DNA of 64,000 nt, taken from positions 96,001 to 160,000 of the forward strand of contig CAWJTV010000041.1 of assembly GCA_963845755.1 (NCBI GenBank), in the 5' to 3' direction. The DNA comes from an uncultured Planctomycetota bacterium. GTDB taxonomy: Bacteria; Planctomycetota; Planctomycetia; Isosphaerales; Isosphaeraceae. The stretch's first letter is position 1, and the number at the start of each line of letters is the position of its first letter. Position numbers and translations under genes: made by a program. This document shows, piece after piece, positions 32,101 to 44,645 of the stretch. The notes under the pieces were generated by a model. The model had not been told where the DNA came from. It worked only from the letters and a program-made list of their open reading frames with translations, and made no database searches.

Positions 32101-34443
32101 AGAGGAACCCGTTGAGGTTGAACAGGGCCAGCGTGAATTCTTCGAGCGGCTGGTCGCGAAGGAATTCCATCGCGATCGCTTCCTCGCGTTGCGTTGGAGG
32201 TCGGCCCAGGGCCAGCCGGTAGGCGCGGTCGATGACGCAACGCGGTTCTCCGGGGGTCTCCACACGCAGTCGATGTGCGAAGCCCGCGGCCAGATCGTTG
32301 GCGAGTTTCCCGTTGAGCAGCTCCAGCGCCTGGGGTGCGTGAGTGCTCGACACTCGTCGCGAGCAACTGGTGAGGAGTGCCGGGGCGTCGAACGCCTCCA
32401 GGAACGGGAGCCGGAGGTTCCGCTTGGCAATCAGGTAGATCGAGCGGCGGTCATGTTCGACCGGGTCCCGAGCGACCTGCCATTGTGACGGCTTGTAGAG
32501 GCTCCGCACGATCTCCCGGTCCACGGGGACGATCACGCTGGGTCCACCGGCGTGCCCATTGAGCCGGCCGGAGACCGCGAGCATGGCGTCGCGGATCTCT
32601 TCCGCGTCGAGTCGGCGGCGGCTGAACCGCCAGAGCAATCGGTTCTCCGGGTCGTCTTGCGCAGGCTGACTGGGCGCTCCCAGCGCGGCTCGATTGCCGA
32701 TATGTGTCGCTGAGCAGGATCAGGCGGTGAATGGGTTTGAATCGCCAGCCGTTCTCGACCAGCGTGGCCGCCAGCCAGTCGAGCAATTCCGGATGGCTGG
32801 GGCGATCCCCCTTGGTCCCGAAGTCGTTGACCGTCTTCACGAGCCCCGCGCCGAAATGATGTTGCCAGAGCCGGTTGACGATCACGCGGGCGGTCAGCGG
32901 ATGCGCGGGCGAGGTCAGCCAGTGCGCCAGCCAACTGCGAGGATCGGCCACATCCTGGGGCAGCTCGGACAGGTCGTCGGCGACCAGCACGCTCGGCGGC
33001 CGGGGACCGACGGCTTCCGCCTTGTTCTCCCAGACCCCGCGCTTCAGGACGTGGATGGACGTCCGGTGTGCGGAATCGTTCCAGGTGGCCGGGATCGTGG
33101 CCGGCGGCGGCGGGATCGAGTCTTCCAGCGCCTCGATCTCCTCGCTCAGTTTCTCCTTCTCGGCGCCCCTGGCCCGGCGCGCCTTCGCCTGGAGCTTCTG
33201 GATCGCACTCCGGATCTTCTTGCTCTGATCCTCCCAGGTCTTGCGCTCGGCCGGTGCGCCGAGGTTGATGTCGTGCTCCTCGGTGGCGGCCATGTACGCC
33301 TGGAGCCGGTAATAATCCTTCTGCGAGATCGGCTCCAACTTGTGGTTATGGCATCGGGCACATCCCACGGTCAGACCGAGGAACGCCGTGCCGATGATGT
33401 CGGTGCGTTCGGTGAGGACCTCGTTGCGACTCAGCGCGATGTCGGGGTTGCCGGCATTGCGGCGCACCGGGCCGAGGCGATGGAAGATCGATGCCGTCTG
33501 GCACTCCCGATCTTCGGGCGCGATTTCATCACCCGCAATCTGCTCGACAACGAACCGGTCGAACGGCTTGTCCCGATTCAGGGACGCGATGACATAATCG
33601 CGGTATCGCCAGGCGTCGGGAATGTGCCGGTCGTACTCGAAGCCCTCCGATTCGGCGAAGCGGACGACGTCCAGCCAGTGCTGCGCCCAGCGTTCGCCGT
33701 ACCGCGGACTGGCCAGGAGCCGGTCGACCACACGCTCCTCGGCACGGGGCGACGGATCGCCTTCAAATTCCGCAATCTCCTCGGGTGAGGGGGGCAGGCC
33801 GGTCACGTCGAAGGTCACGCGACGGAGCCAATCTCCGCGCTCGGCCCGCGGCGCGGGCTGCCATTGACGCTCTTCGAGCTTGGCGAGGATGAAGGCGTCG
33901 ATCGGGTTGCGGACCCATGCGGAGTCGTTCACCTGCGGCGGAAGCGTCTTCTTGACCGGCTGGAAGGCCCAGTGTGCCGCGCCTTCTTGTATGGGTGACG
34001 TGGCCGAAGTTTGGGTTTCCGTTGCTGCTGGGTAGGGCGCGCCGGCATCGACCCACTTGCGCGAAGTCGGCGAGGGTCTGCTCGGAGAGCTTCGGCTTCT
34101 TCGGGGGCATGGCCAGGCCGTCCTCGTGGCGGATTGCCTGGATCAAGAGGCTCTCTCCGCTCTTGCCCGGGACGACCGCGGGTCCGGAGTCACCACCTTC
34201 GAGGATCGCCTCACGCGCGTCGAGACGAAGCCCGCCCCGGAGCTTTTCCGCCCCCGATGAATGGCAACGGAAGCATTCCGCCTTCAGCACAGGCGCGATC
34301 TTCTCACGGAAAAGGTTGGCGCCCTCGGGATCGGCCAGATCGGCGGCTCGAGCCGTGACGATCCCGAGCACGGGGCCGATCAGGAGGGCCAGAGTCGATC
34401 CGATCGCGGGGGCGAACTGCCGGTGGGAAGTCGGCTTCGGCAT
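32090..34443 (-). CDS. Planctomycete cytochrome c + DUF1549/DUF1553 (PSD1) protein; frameshifts near 32660 and 34050
   Basis: [59 protein letters not shown]. Confidence 0.93.
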
Positions 34444-34559
34444 GATACCTCAACCTCTTCGAGCGCACAGTCACGGAGGGTTTTCGAGCAGGAACTATTG
34501 TATCAAGGCTCTTGCGGTTGGCGTAGGGTGAGCTGCGACCTGGCGGGGATGAGCCTCGG

Positions 34560-35352
34560 TCATTTCTTCGGTTTCCGGCCGCGCCCGGACTTCTTGCGAC
34601 CATTCGCAGGGGGAGCAGCCAGCACCTCTTGCCAGACGGCGGGTACGGCCTCCCAGGCCGATTGGTAGGTGGCTTCGAGGGGTAATGGGACATACACCTC
34701 TGGCGTGAGGAACAGGGGCATATCCGGCAGCGCATCGCCGACGGCCACCGGCTCGAGGAAGACCTCAGTGCAGGGGAACGCGATATACGAAACACAGGTC
34801 AGGTAGCTTGTCGTCGGGGAGTGCGAAGTTGCCCTCACGATCCTCGCCCCAGATCGCGCGGTGGATGCCCTGAGGGTCGCGCGAAGTCGGAGGGAACAGG
34901 TTGACGATCAGCAAGTGGATTCCCGCTATCAGGGTCTGGTCAGCTTTTTGAACGAAGGCTTTGAGCTCGGTCTGGCCGTTCTTCTTACCCGGCGAGACGA
35001 TCTCCACCATGGCGATGATCTTGTGGCCGCTACGGTGGCGGATCACGATGGCCTTGGCTTTTCTCGCGTAGATGTCCAGTTGGGTCCGGGCGTGGAAACG
35101 GACCTTTGGTGGGGCGTCAGCAACAGCAATGCCGCCCTCGGAAGGCTGAGTCTCCGCCGAGAGCGAGCCGAAGACCGGCCGTTGCAACGTCAGCACGTCC
35201 GGCCCGAAATCTCCTGTGATCTGCTCGGCAAGGGCGTAGTATCCGCTGGGGAGCAATCCCCGATTCAAGGACCGTCGGATCTCCGCAATCCACGCATGGT
35301 GAAAATCGTGGAAGATCCCCGCATCCACTCGCGTCCAGTCATGGATCGGCAT
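34560..35352 (-). CDS. DUF4058 family protein; frameshift near 34790
   Basis: MPIHDWTRVDAGIFHDFH..LPSGYYALAEQ..EIVSPGKK..LPDMPLFL..PLEATY. Confidence 0.85.
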
Positions 35353-35485
35353 GGTTGGTCTCCGTCCGAGCGTTCCGACCCTGTCACCTCCCTATCCTAC
35401 CAGAATTCCGAATGGATTCCGCGGTTGCCACTCCGAGTTTTCAGGGCTCCCCGAGTTGCGAAGAGGGGACATTCAGTCGCCTCGG

Positions 35486-38400
35486 TCACGATTTACGGTC
35501 GAGGATCGCCAGCATGCGCCGGATCGATTCCTCGCGATTGGGCCGGCGCGGAGGAGTCGTGAGGTCGACGTCCAGCCCCTTCTCCCGGACGAAACGGACG
35601 AACTCCCAGTGATTGACGAACCGCCGGCCGTGGATGTTGCCGAGATGCTTGAGCACAACCCGACGGGCCGCGCCGAAGCAAGTCGGCATCTTGAGGAGTT
35701 CCACCAGGTCCTGTGTTGAAAGGCGGCAGGGACGTGTTTTCATCGTTCGGCGATCGTCACTACCGGTTGTGTTGACAGTGCCGTAGCGAGTCGGCTTGGG
35801 CCGACCAGCATCCGTCAGAATCGAGTCGAGCAACCCTGAATCGATCCCTTTCCCTGCACAGAGTAGAAGGGCTTGTTCACGAGCAATACCATTGCACTTG
35901 GTCGTTTGCAGGTGCGGAAAAAGCATGAGGATCGGATAATTCGCGGGTCGGGTCTCTTTCAGCCACGACCGGAGGACTTCTTCGCAAACACGGTCAGCGG
36001 TGGCAGGGGCCATTCGAGTTACGATCTCGGGCAGATAGTTTGCTAGATAGCCGCCCTCATAAGCATGTGCTGCCAATGAATCCAGCACTTTCCGAGCAGC
36101 TTGGTCGCCGAGTCTGGCCGCGTCCGCGATCTCGTGCTGTTCCATCAAGAGGTCGAGTAGCGCGATGAGGGGATGGGTTACGGCGGGGAGAGTGTGGATG
36201 CTTCCTAGAGGATCGATCACAACGTGGGTGCCACGTTCGGACAGTAGCAAGGCTTTCGCCGCGGGCATACGAGACGCAAGCGAAACCAGACTCAAAATCA
36301 GGTTCTCTCGTTTGACCGGGCTTTCTTCTTCGAAGAGCACCGTGGTGACTCGAGCCATGGCCTTGGCTTCCTCGGAGGGCTTCATCCGTGCCGCGCTCGT
36401 CGCGAGCCCCACGGCCAGTATCTGGCGCACTTCGGCCTGTTTCTCCGGCCCTAACGCTTCGATCAACATTTTAGCGGCCTCGGCGGGGGGCATCCGCTCG
36501 GAGACCGAAGCCAGGACGCTCGATAGAGCCTCACGACGCTGTCTCGGCTCCTTACCTGCTGGCGGATTCTGCTGCTCGCGACGGAGGGAGTCGGCGAGCG
36601 ACCTTGCGGCTTGAATCGCGCGAGGCTGATCCAGACTCTTCGAGACCGCTTGCAACCCCGCAGTCAGACTGTTCTCGAGCAACCCCGTAGTCAGACCGTC
36701 TTTCGGGTCGCGCATGAACACGTCGAGGAGATCCGAGAAAACAGGCCCGCACGTGTGGGCGGCCTCTTTGGGCTCCATGATCCCGGCAACAACAGCGAGT
36801 CCTGTCAGTTGCCACAATCGCGCCTTGGCATTGGTCTCCTGCCGGACGGCAGATACCAGCACTCTGGCCGCCCGATTGGCGTCAGCAGGGAGCAAGTTTG
36901 CGGTCAGAAGATCCAAATCGCCATCACCTTCACTATAGAACAAATCATCTGCCATCGCTTTCGACAGGAACCGAATCACTCTGGCAGCCTCATCTTCCGT
37001 GAGACGCACGTAGAGTGATGCAATCGCGTGGGCAAGGGACCCACGAGCTTGGCCGTTCACTTCCTTCTCGAGTGCCGCGATCAGAATGCGGGCGGCCTGC
37101 CCACAGACCCGCGCGGCGTCAGCCGGTTGCAGGCAACTCGAAACCATCGACAAAGACCGGGAGAGATTTCTCCGTGCGAGGGGATTAGTCTCCCATTGCA
37201 GGGCATCCAGCAGCAGTTGAGCAGCCTGGCCAACAGCCTTGCCAGCCTCATGTGGGTCCGATCGCTTCACCTGGACGACCAAACTATCGGATAATATGAC
37301 AGAAACTCTGTCCCGTGATGCTAACCATATATCCACGTCCCCTAGCTCGTTAGACGTGAAACTTTTGGTTCGATTCAAGCTGTAAGACAACAAGCGAACG
37401 GTCACGGACGGCTCAGCCCATGCCTCGAGCATTGTGGCTATTGCCCGCATCGCCTCTTGGCGCCGATCCTCAGGAATAGGCGCCTCGAACGTAGAGATGT
37501 GTCCCTCAAGGACTTTCTCACATGTCTCGGAGACCTTGGCCGCGCCCTGTTTGTTGGAGATCCACGTGAGACCGGAAGCAAATTCCTCGGGAGAAGTCAG
37601 CCCCAGTTTCTCCAAGTAGAGATAGAGAGGGACAGGTATGAGATGTTCCTCCATGAGGTCGGCAAGGGCTTTGCTTGACTCAGCCGGCTCCAATTTGTCG
37701 GTCATCGAGTAGAGCACCCGACTCAAATCCTCCTCGGATTCGATTCCGCGTAAAACGTGTGCGGCGACGTGAGGTTCCGCTCGGCAAACCAGCTCTCCGA
37801 TCGCATCGAGCAGGAACCCTTTTCTCGATTCCTGTTCCTGATAATCAGCACCGGCAAGACCGTCCGCTGCGAGAGTCTCACGGATGATGTTGGTGAATCC
37901 CCGCGCCTCCGGCCCGAGACCTTCCTGGATCGCGAGCGCGAGGAGTGCCACAACGGCCCGATGTTCCGGAGCCAGCCCGTCCTGGTGGATTCGGGCCGAG
38001 AGGAAATGAGTTGCCGAATCGCGCCTCGACGGATCGAGGCCGAGCGCCCCAATCAACGCTGGCTCCGATCGGGCGAAGAGTTGCCGCACGAGCAATGGAT
38101 CGTGAGTTGCCTCATCCAGGAATCGCATTCGAAGCCTGTCATCCTGTGACTCGGCCAACTCCCAGAGGGCCACGAGTTCGGGATCGGTCAGGGTGACTTG
38201 CTCCGGATCGTCACCGCGTGGATTGAGCGCCGTCACGAGGTTGCGGGCGAAGGCCTGTTCGAGCTTGTCGCGCGAGGTATCGGCAACCTCCTTCAATTCG
38301 CGCTCGGCCCTGGCCTTCGCCTGGGCCTGGAAGGCTGCGATCGAGGAGATCACAGCCACGGCCACCAACGCCACCACGGCCAGGCTTCCGGCTGTCGCCA

Positions 38401-39522
38401 TCGCTGGGTTGCGTCGCGCCCAGAGCCAGGCCTTTTCCAGCCGACCCACCGGCCGCGCGGCGATCGGCTCGCCCTTGAGCCAGTGGTCCAGATCGTCAGC
38501 CAGCGCTTCGGCGCTCGGATATCTCCGCCCCGGGTCTTTTTCCAGGCACTTCAGGCAGATCGTTTCCAGGTCGCGGTCCAGATCGGGGAGGATCGACGAT
38601 AGACGAGGCGGATTGGCTTCGCGGACCTGTCGGAGGACGTCCAGCACGTTGTCGCCCAGGAATGGCGGGCGGCCGGTGAGGCGTTCGTAGAGGATCACGC
38701 CCAGGCTGTAGACGTCGACGGCGACTGTCAGGTCCTTGCGGCTCGCGGCCTGTTCGGGGGCCATGTACCGCGGCGTGCCGATGGTCTGACCGGACTCGGT
38801 CAGCGACGTTTCCGCACCCACGCGCTTCGCCAGGCCGAAGTCGGTCACGAACGCCACTCCGGCCGGGTCGATCAGTACGTTCGACGGCTTCAGGTCGCGG
38901 TGCAGGATGCCGCGCCGATGGGCGAAATGGACGGCGTGCGCCACATCGAGCAGGCGCGCGACCTCGGACCGGGCCGAGCCGCGCGGGCGCGGGCCAGCGT
39001 CGTGCCGTCGACATACTTCATCGAGAAATACTGGTGGCACTCGTGCTCGCCGACCTCGTAGATCGGCACGATGTGCGGGTGGTCCAGGGCGGCGGCCGAC
39101 TCGGCCTCGGTGCGGAAGCGGGCGACGTCGATCGGGGTTGCCAGTATGCCTTTGAGGATCATCTTCAACGCTACGATCCGGTTCAGGCTCGCCTGGCGTG
39201 CCTTGTAGACGACTCCCATGCCACCGCGAGCGATTTCTTCGAGTAGCTCGTAGTCGCCGAAGTAGCGGATCGTGGGCATTGGGCCCGGCCCCGATGTGGT
39301 GTCGGGACTCATGACGGCGTCGGTCAGGCGCAACGGTGCGGCGTGGAGGTCGATGCGATCGAGGTCGGCGAAGAAGGCGCGTAGCGCCTCGGCCAGGTCG
39401 GGATAGCGGTCGAGCAGCTCCTGGCGATTGGGCACCGCGCCGGCCTCGACGGCTTGCAAGTACTCGGCGATGAGCCGGTCGAGGGGGCTGAACGATTCCG
39501 TCGCGTCGTTCGGTGTGGTCAT
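35486..39522 (-). CDS. Hanks-type Ser/Thr protein kinase with TM helix and long helical-repeat C-terminus; frameshift near 38985
   Basis: [55 protein letters not shown]-terminal [19 protein letters not shown]. Confidence 0.93.
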
Positions 39523-39525
39523 GGG

Positions 39526-40083
39526 TCACTCTCTCGATTCGAGCTCCCGCCTCAGCTCCGCGAGCCCGCGGCGCAGGAGCGACGCGACGGCGGGCACGGT
39601 GCGGTCAATGTGATCGGCGATCCGCTGGAGCGTCCAACCCTGACAGTGCTTGAGCACCACGACCTCGCGCATCCGGTCCGGCAACCGGGCCAGGGCGTCC
39701 ACCAGTCGCAGAATCTCCTCGTTCCGTTCGAACCGGCGGCTGGGTGACGTCTGATCGGCCGCCAGCCACGCCACGAAGCCGGAGGCCGAGCGGTCGAGGT
39801 CGGCCTCGATCGAGCGTTCCCGGTGGATGTCCCGTTTGTCCCGTTCATAGTGCTTCACCGCGTCGGCCAGCGTGCTGGCCAGGATCCGTCGCAGCCAGGC
39901 CGTCAGCACCTCGGTATCCTGCGAGCGGACCTCTCCGAACGCCGAATACGCGCGGAGCATCGTTTGCTGGACGATGTCCGCCGGATCCAGCTTTCCGCGC
40001 AGACGGCGATCCAGGTGCAGCTCGGCCAGCACCTGCAAGTAATTGCGGAACGGCTCCAGGGCCTCGACGGTGTCGCGTGTCAT
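39526..40083 (-). CDS. ECF sigma-70 factor, planctomycete kinase-associated type
   Basis: [64 protein letters not shown]. Confidence 0.95.
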   Translation of the reverse strand: MTRDTVEALEPFRNYLQVLAELHLDRRLRGKLDPADIVQQTMLRAYSAFGEVRSQDTEVLTAWLRRILASTLADAVKHYERDKRDIHRERSIEADLDRSASGFVAWLAADQTSPSRRFERNEEILRLVDALARLPDRMREVVVLKHCQGWTLQRIADHIDRTVPAVASLLRRGLAELRRELESRE

Positions 40084-40283
40084 CAGGATCGGCTCGCTCT
40101 ATCAGTCAGAGACGACATCCGCGCGGCGATTGTCCATGAAATATACGGAACGATCGAGGTTTCACCGATACTGGACATGGATGGAGGATCTATGCAAGTC
40201 AAGGAATAGGCGAACGGTCTGAAGCGGGTGGAATTGGGGAGGTTCGTCGGGGGACGGTCGAGGACAATACCGACAATGGCTCG

Positions 40284-40598
40284 TTACAGAATATCCACAG
40301 GATAGGAAGCAATGTAGATTTCGATCTGTTCAAATCGCTCGAGAAGAGTCGGCTTATAGCTGGCGAAGAACTGTTGGTTCTCCGGGGTATCGTCGACATC
40401 GACGACGAGGCGGAGCAACTCGTCCTCATAGCGGGTCCCCTCATGGACCCAGATGCCGAGAACGGTATGGGGAAGGAAGCTGACCACGACAAACTGGACA
40501 ATCAGGTCTTCTCGCGTCTGTTCAAACGCTTCGTCGCCGACCGATCGGCCGTCGTTATGTTTTAACGGCAAGAGAATCTCGAAGCGCCTTCTCCGCAT
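40284..40598 (-). CDS. Conserved hypothetical protein (104 aa)
   Basis: RRFEILLPLKHNDG..GIWVHEGTRYEDE..FEQIEIYI; GGAGG RBS; protein-like composition. Confidence 0.7.
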   Translation of the reverse strand: MRRRRFEILLPLKHNDGRSVGDEAFEQTREDLIVQFVVVSFLPHTVLGIWVHEGTRYEDELLRLVVDVDDTPENQQFFASYKPTLLERFEQIEIYIASYPVDIL

Positions 40599-40782
40599 AG
40601 TCGAATCCTCCCCGGCCCAGTTCTTGATAGTTGATCCCAAGCGACTGGAGCAATTCCAAGGCAGGCTCGGGCACTATGAAGGCATCATCGGGGAGGCAAA
40701 CAACTCGGCCGCGACGAGCCATCTCGACGAGGGACTTTGCCCGGTCGCCGCGCTCCGAAATCTGGATTTTAACCATCTGCAT
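40555..40782 (-). CDS. Small hypothetical protein overlapping the downstream gene
   Basis: 75 aa, protein-like; TACAAT -10-like box about 45 nt upstream. Confidence 0.55.
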   Translation of the reverse strand: MQMVKIQISERGDRAKSLVEMARRGRVVCLPDDAFIVPEPALELLQSLGINYQELGRGGFDYAEKALRDSLAVKT

Positions 40783-40893
40783 GGCAAAACCTTGGGAAAA
40801 ACCGGTGACAGAACCAGCCGACCATCATTGTACAGGCAAGCGCCGGCGGGGGAAAGTGAGTGAGTCTCGATCATCAGCGGGCTTACCCAGCCG

Positions 40894-42501
40894 TCACAAC
40901 TCCGAAGCCGCCATGGCGAAGTCTTCGTCGCCGAACTCGTCGCGGTCCTCGTCCTTGGCATCGGCCGAGGCGAGCGTCTCGTGCTTGTTGGGCAGCCAGA
41001 AGGCACAGAGCATCGACCCGACTCCCAGGGCCGCCATCTGGAGATAGACGTCGCGGAGGGTGTGTCCCAACTGAACCTGGACGACGGCGAGCTGATCGGG
41101 GCTCGGAGCAGCTTGTGGGTCTCGGGCCGCAGCGCGGCGGTGACGTCGATCCCGCTAGGCCCCCACGGCGCCCAGGCGATGCGCCAGTTCCCAGCCGAGT
41201 GCGGCACCCAGCAGGCCGACGCCGATCGCCCCTCCGATCGTGCGGAGGAAGATGACGGCCCCGGTGGCAACCCCTCGCTGGCCCCACTTCACCGAATGTT
41301 GCACCGACAGGATGAAGCTCAACGAAGTCGGGCCCATCCCCAGGCCGACCAGCATCAGCGCCACGGAGAAGGCGGCGCGGTGCCATTGGGGGAAGAGGGC
41401 GCCGACGACCAGCCCGAGCGCACCGAGCGTGATGAACATCGATCCGACCAGGGCGCCGAATCGCAGGCCCCGGTGTACCACGGCTCGGGCGGCCACGGCG
41501 ACGCTGATCGCCCAGGTCAGGAACAGCGGCATCAGGGCCCGGCCGGCCAACCGCGCATCGCTCCCGCCAACACCCTGGATGTACAGCGGGATGTAGGTGT
41601 CGATCCCGAAGAGGATCCCGCCGATCAGGCCGCTCCCGATCAGCGACGCCGCGATCGTCGGCCGCGTCATCAGGTCCATCGGCAGGATCGGGTCGGCCGC
41701 CCGGTGCTCGCGGATCACGAACAGCACCAGCAGCACGATCGACGCCACGAACAGGCCCACTCCGACCATGATCCCATGCTGCGAGCCATCCAGGACCACG
41801 AGTAGAAGGCTGGTCAGTCCCGCGGTCAGTAGCCCGGCGCCGGCCCAGTCGATCGGCGCGACCTTGCGATTGACCGAGGGCTCCTTGACATACCAGGCCA
41901 GCAGCACGATGGCGATCAGTGCGAACGGCACACAGACCAGGAAGACCCACCGCCAGCCGAAATGGGGGGCTTCGGTCAGATAACCGCCGAGGATCGGGCC
42001 CGCCACGCTCGAGAGGCCCCAGACCGCGCTGAAGAGTCCCTGCACCCGCGCCCGCTCGTGCATGGTGAACAGGTCGCCCAGCATGGTCAACACGATCGGA
42101 CCGACCGCGCCGGCACCCAGCCCCTGGAGCGTCCGCATCGCGATCAACTGGCCCATCGACTGCGACGTGCCCGAGAGGATCGAGCCGATGCCGAAGAGAA
42201 CCAGGCCGAAGAGCAGAACCCGTTTGCGTCCATAGAGATCCGCCAGCTTCCCGTAGATCGGCGTGCTCACCGTCGCCGCGAGCAGGTAGGCCGAGATGAC
42301 CCACGGGTAAATCTCGAAGCCGCGAAGCTGGGCGATGATGGTGGGCATGGCCGGCGAGACGACCAGTTGCTCCATCGCCGTGACCATCATCGCCACCAGG
42401 AGCGCGGCCGTTACCATGCGCCGGCCCGCGAGGGCCGATTCGTTAACCTTCTCTTCGTCGGTCGTTCCGTCGAGTTCCGAGGTTCCGATCACCTTCTCCA
42501 T
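40894..42501 (-). CDS. MFS multidrug transporter (DHA2, EmrB/QacA-like); frameshifts near 41100 and 41160
   Basis: WVISAYLLAATVSTPIYGKLADLYGRKRV, RTLQGLGAG, GPILGG..GWRWVF, RTIGGAIG. Confidence 0.9.
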
Positions 42502-42709
42502 GTCCGGCAGTTCCCTGTCAGTGACTGGGGGGATGTTCCCTGATTTGGCTCGTGCAACTCCTGATTGTACCGGCGTCGCCAAGTCGGACACCAATCCCCC
42601 AATCCAGGATCAGGGAGCGAGTCGACTCTCGAAAAACGGTGGCCTCTCGCGTATTGTGTGGGGATCGTGAGGATCCGAAGCAAGCTCAGGGCATCGGGAG
42701 ACAATCGCG

Positions 42710-43648
42710 ATGACTCGGTCGGCGAAACCAGAGGGAGGGCCGGCGCGGAGCAGTCGGCGAGGCATGCTCAAGCAGTCGGCGGTGGCGGGTGCAGCGGTCG
42801 CCGCATTGGGGATCGACGCCCAGGCGCTGGAGCAATCCTCCGCGGAACGCGCGGTCAAGAACGGCCGGATCAGGCAGTCGATCGTGTATTGGTGCTTCGA
42901 GCCGCACTGGGACTTCCCCCGGGCGATCCAGGTTGCCAAGCAGCTCGGCTGCGTCAGCATCGAGCTGATGGCGCCCAAGTACTTCCCCCTGATCAAGGAG
43001 GCGGGACTGACCTGCGCGATCGGGTCGATCGACATGGGCGCCGACCCCCCGTTCGTCAAGGGTTTCAACAACCCGAAGTACCGGGAACGCGTGCTCAAGG
43101 CCACCCGGGACTCGATCGACGCCTGCGCCGAGACCGGATTCAAGAACGTGATCTGCTTCACCGGGATGCGCGAGGGGATTCCCGACGACGTCGGCGCGGA
43201 CAACTGCGTCGAGGGCTTCAAGCAGATCGTCGGTCACGCCGAGAAGAAGGGGATCACGCTCTGCCTCGAGATGCTCAACTCCCGGGTGAACAGCCATCCG
43301 ATGAAGGGGCATCCCGGCTACCAGGGTGACCACACCGACTACTGCATCGAGATCATCAAGCGGGTCGGCTCGCCCAGCCTGAAGCTGCTGTTCGACATCT
43401 ACCACGTCCAGATCATGGACGGCGACGTCATCAGCCGGATTCGCCAGCACCGCGACTATATTGCCCACGTCCACACCGCGGGCAACCCCGGCCGCGGCGA
43501 GCTCGACAACAAGCAAGAGATCAACTACCCGCCGATCATGGAGGCGCTCGTGGAGATCGGCTACCAGGGGCACGTCGGCCAGGAGTTTATCCCCACCCGG
43601 GATCCGGTCGAGGGGCTGAGGCAGGCGGTCGCGCTGTGCGATGTGTAG
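42710..43648 (+). CDS. Hydroxypyruvate isomerase-like TIM-barrel protein with Tat-like signal
   Basis: SRRGMLK; LCLEMLNS, LLFDIYHVQIMDGD, HVHTAGNPGRGE, GQEFIP. Confidence 0.88.
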   Translation: MTRSAKPEGGPARSSRRGMLKQSAVAGAAVAALGIDAQALEQSSAERAVKNGRIRQSIVYWCFEPHWDFPRAIQVAKQLGCVSIELMAPKYFPLIKEAGLTCAIGSIDMGADPPFVKGFNNPKYRERVLKATRDSIDACAETGFKNVICFTGMREGIPDDVGADNCVEGFKQIVGHAEKKGITLCLEMLNSRVNSHPMKGHPGYQGDHTDYCIEIIKRVGSPSLKLLFDIYHVQIMDGDVISRIRQHRDYIAHVHTAGNPGRGELDNKQEINYPPIMEALVEIGYQGHVGQEFIPTRDPVEGLRQAVALCDV

Positions 43649-43788
43649 GAGCGCGGTCGTCGGAGAATAGAACCACGCGCGCAGGCCGGCTGGAGCACGG
43701 CGGTGAGGAGCCCGAGCCCTGAGTGGCCTCGGTGGCGCGGCGGTGGACCGTCACAGGACTCGGAGCCAGGTTTCCGCGCAACCGTGCT

Positions 43789-44178
43789 TCAAGCTTTGAC
43801 GATCGCCGCCGTCTTCTTCGGACGATTTGTCTTCCTCGACCTGTCCTCGGGTAACTCGACGGGATCGGCCGGCCGCACGCGGATCTCAACGATGCAGCCG
43901 ACCGCCCGCGCGATCCGCCTCAGCATGGCCAGTGAGTGCCCTTGGTAGTCGGCGTCTTCAAGCCGGCTAATCACCGACTGATTCGTGCCCACACGCTTCG
44001 CGAGCTGGGCCTGAGTCAACTTGGCCCCGACCCGGAGGTCGTAGACCAGGCGGGACAACTCCGCGTTGGCCAGCTCCTCCTCCAGCATCGCCATCATCTC
44101 GGGCTTACCCTCGAAGTAGCGACGATGAATGATCTCGACCGCGTCGGACGTCTCGGACCGCGTCTTGGTCTTGGGCAT
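43789..44178 (-). CDS. higA: XRE-family HTH antitoxin (HigA-like)
   Basis: LTQAQLAKRVGTNQSVISRLEDADYQGHSLAMLRRIARA; lies downstream of the toxin. Confidence 0.85.
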   Translation of the reverse strand: MPKTKTRSETSDAVEIIHRRYFEGKPEMMAMLEEELANAELSRLVYDLRVGAKLTQAQLAKRVGTNQSVISRLEDADYQGHSLAMLRRIARAVGCIVEIRVRPADPVELPEDRSRKTNRPKKTAAIVKA

Positions 44179-44182
44179 CGCC

Positions 44183-44548
44183 TCACTCCCTGAACGAATG
44201 GGCTGACGGGTTAAGCCGGAACCGGGCCCTGCGAGCGATCGCCAACGCGATCTCGCTCTCAGGGACCTTGGCCTCTTTCGTGAACCCGTGGGAGACGACC
44301 ACGGCGTTCTGGCCGGAGAAGAAATAGAGAAGACGGTAGTTGACGTGGCTCAACCCGACTCGCAGTTCGTGGATGCCATCGCGGAGCAGGTCGGCCTCGG
44401 GACGGCGAAGCTCGTGTCCCTGCGCCGCGAGTCGCATCAGCTTCGCACGGCACTTCACTATCGCCTTGGTGCCCAGAGTGTCGAGCCACTCGAGCGCCGG
44501 GACGGACCCGTTCTCCTCGCGATAGAAGACCAGGTCTGCTGCCGGCAT
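44183..44548 (-). CDS. higB: RelE/ParE-superfamily (Gp49/HigB-like) toxin
   Basis: FYREENGSVPALEWL..LRDGIHELRV..YRLLYFF..SHGFTKE. Confidence 0.88.
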   Translation of the reverse strand: MPAADLVFYREENGSVPALEWLDTLGTKAIVKCRAKLMRLAAQGHELRRPEADLLRDGIHELRVGLSHVNYRLLYFFSGQNAVVVSHGFTKEAKVPESEIALAIARRARFRLNPSAHSFRE

Positions 44549-44584
44549 CGATGTACCTCGCCGGTATCGTCTCGACCGCGGCCC

Positions 44585-44623
44585 ATTCTATCGCAGGATC
44601 GCGATTATCGCAAGTTGGCGATA
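44585..44623 (-). promoter_or_regulatory. Sigma70 promoter of the TA operon overlapped by two inverted-repeat operators
   Basis: TTGCGA (44613-44608)-N17-TAGAAT (44590-44585); TATCGC-N6-GCGATW at 44589-44606 and 44606-44623. Confidence 0.75.
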
Positions 44624-44645
44624 GTCAAGCGCTTGCCCCGACCAT

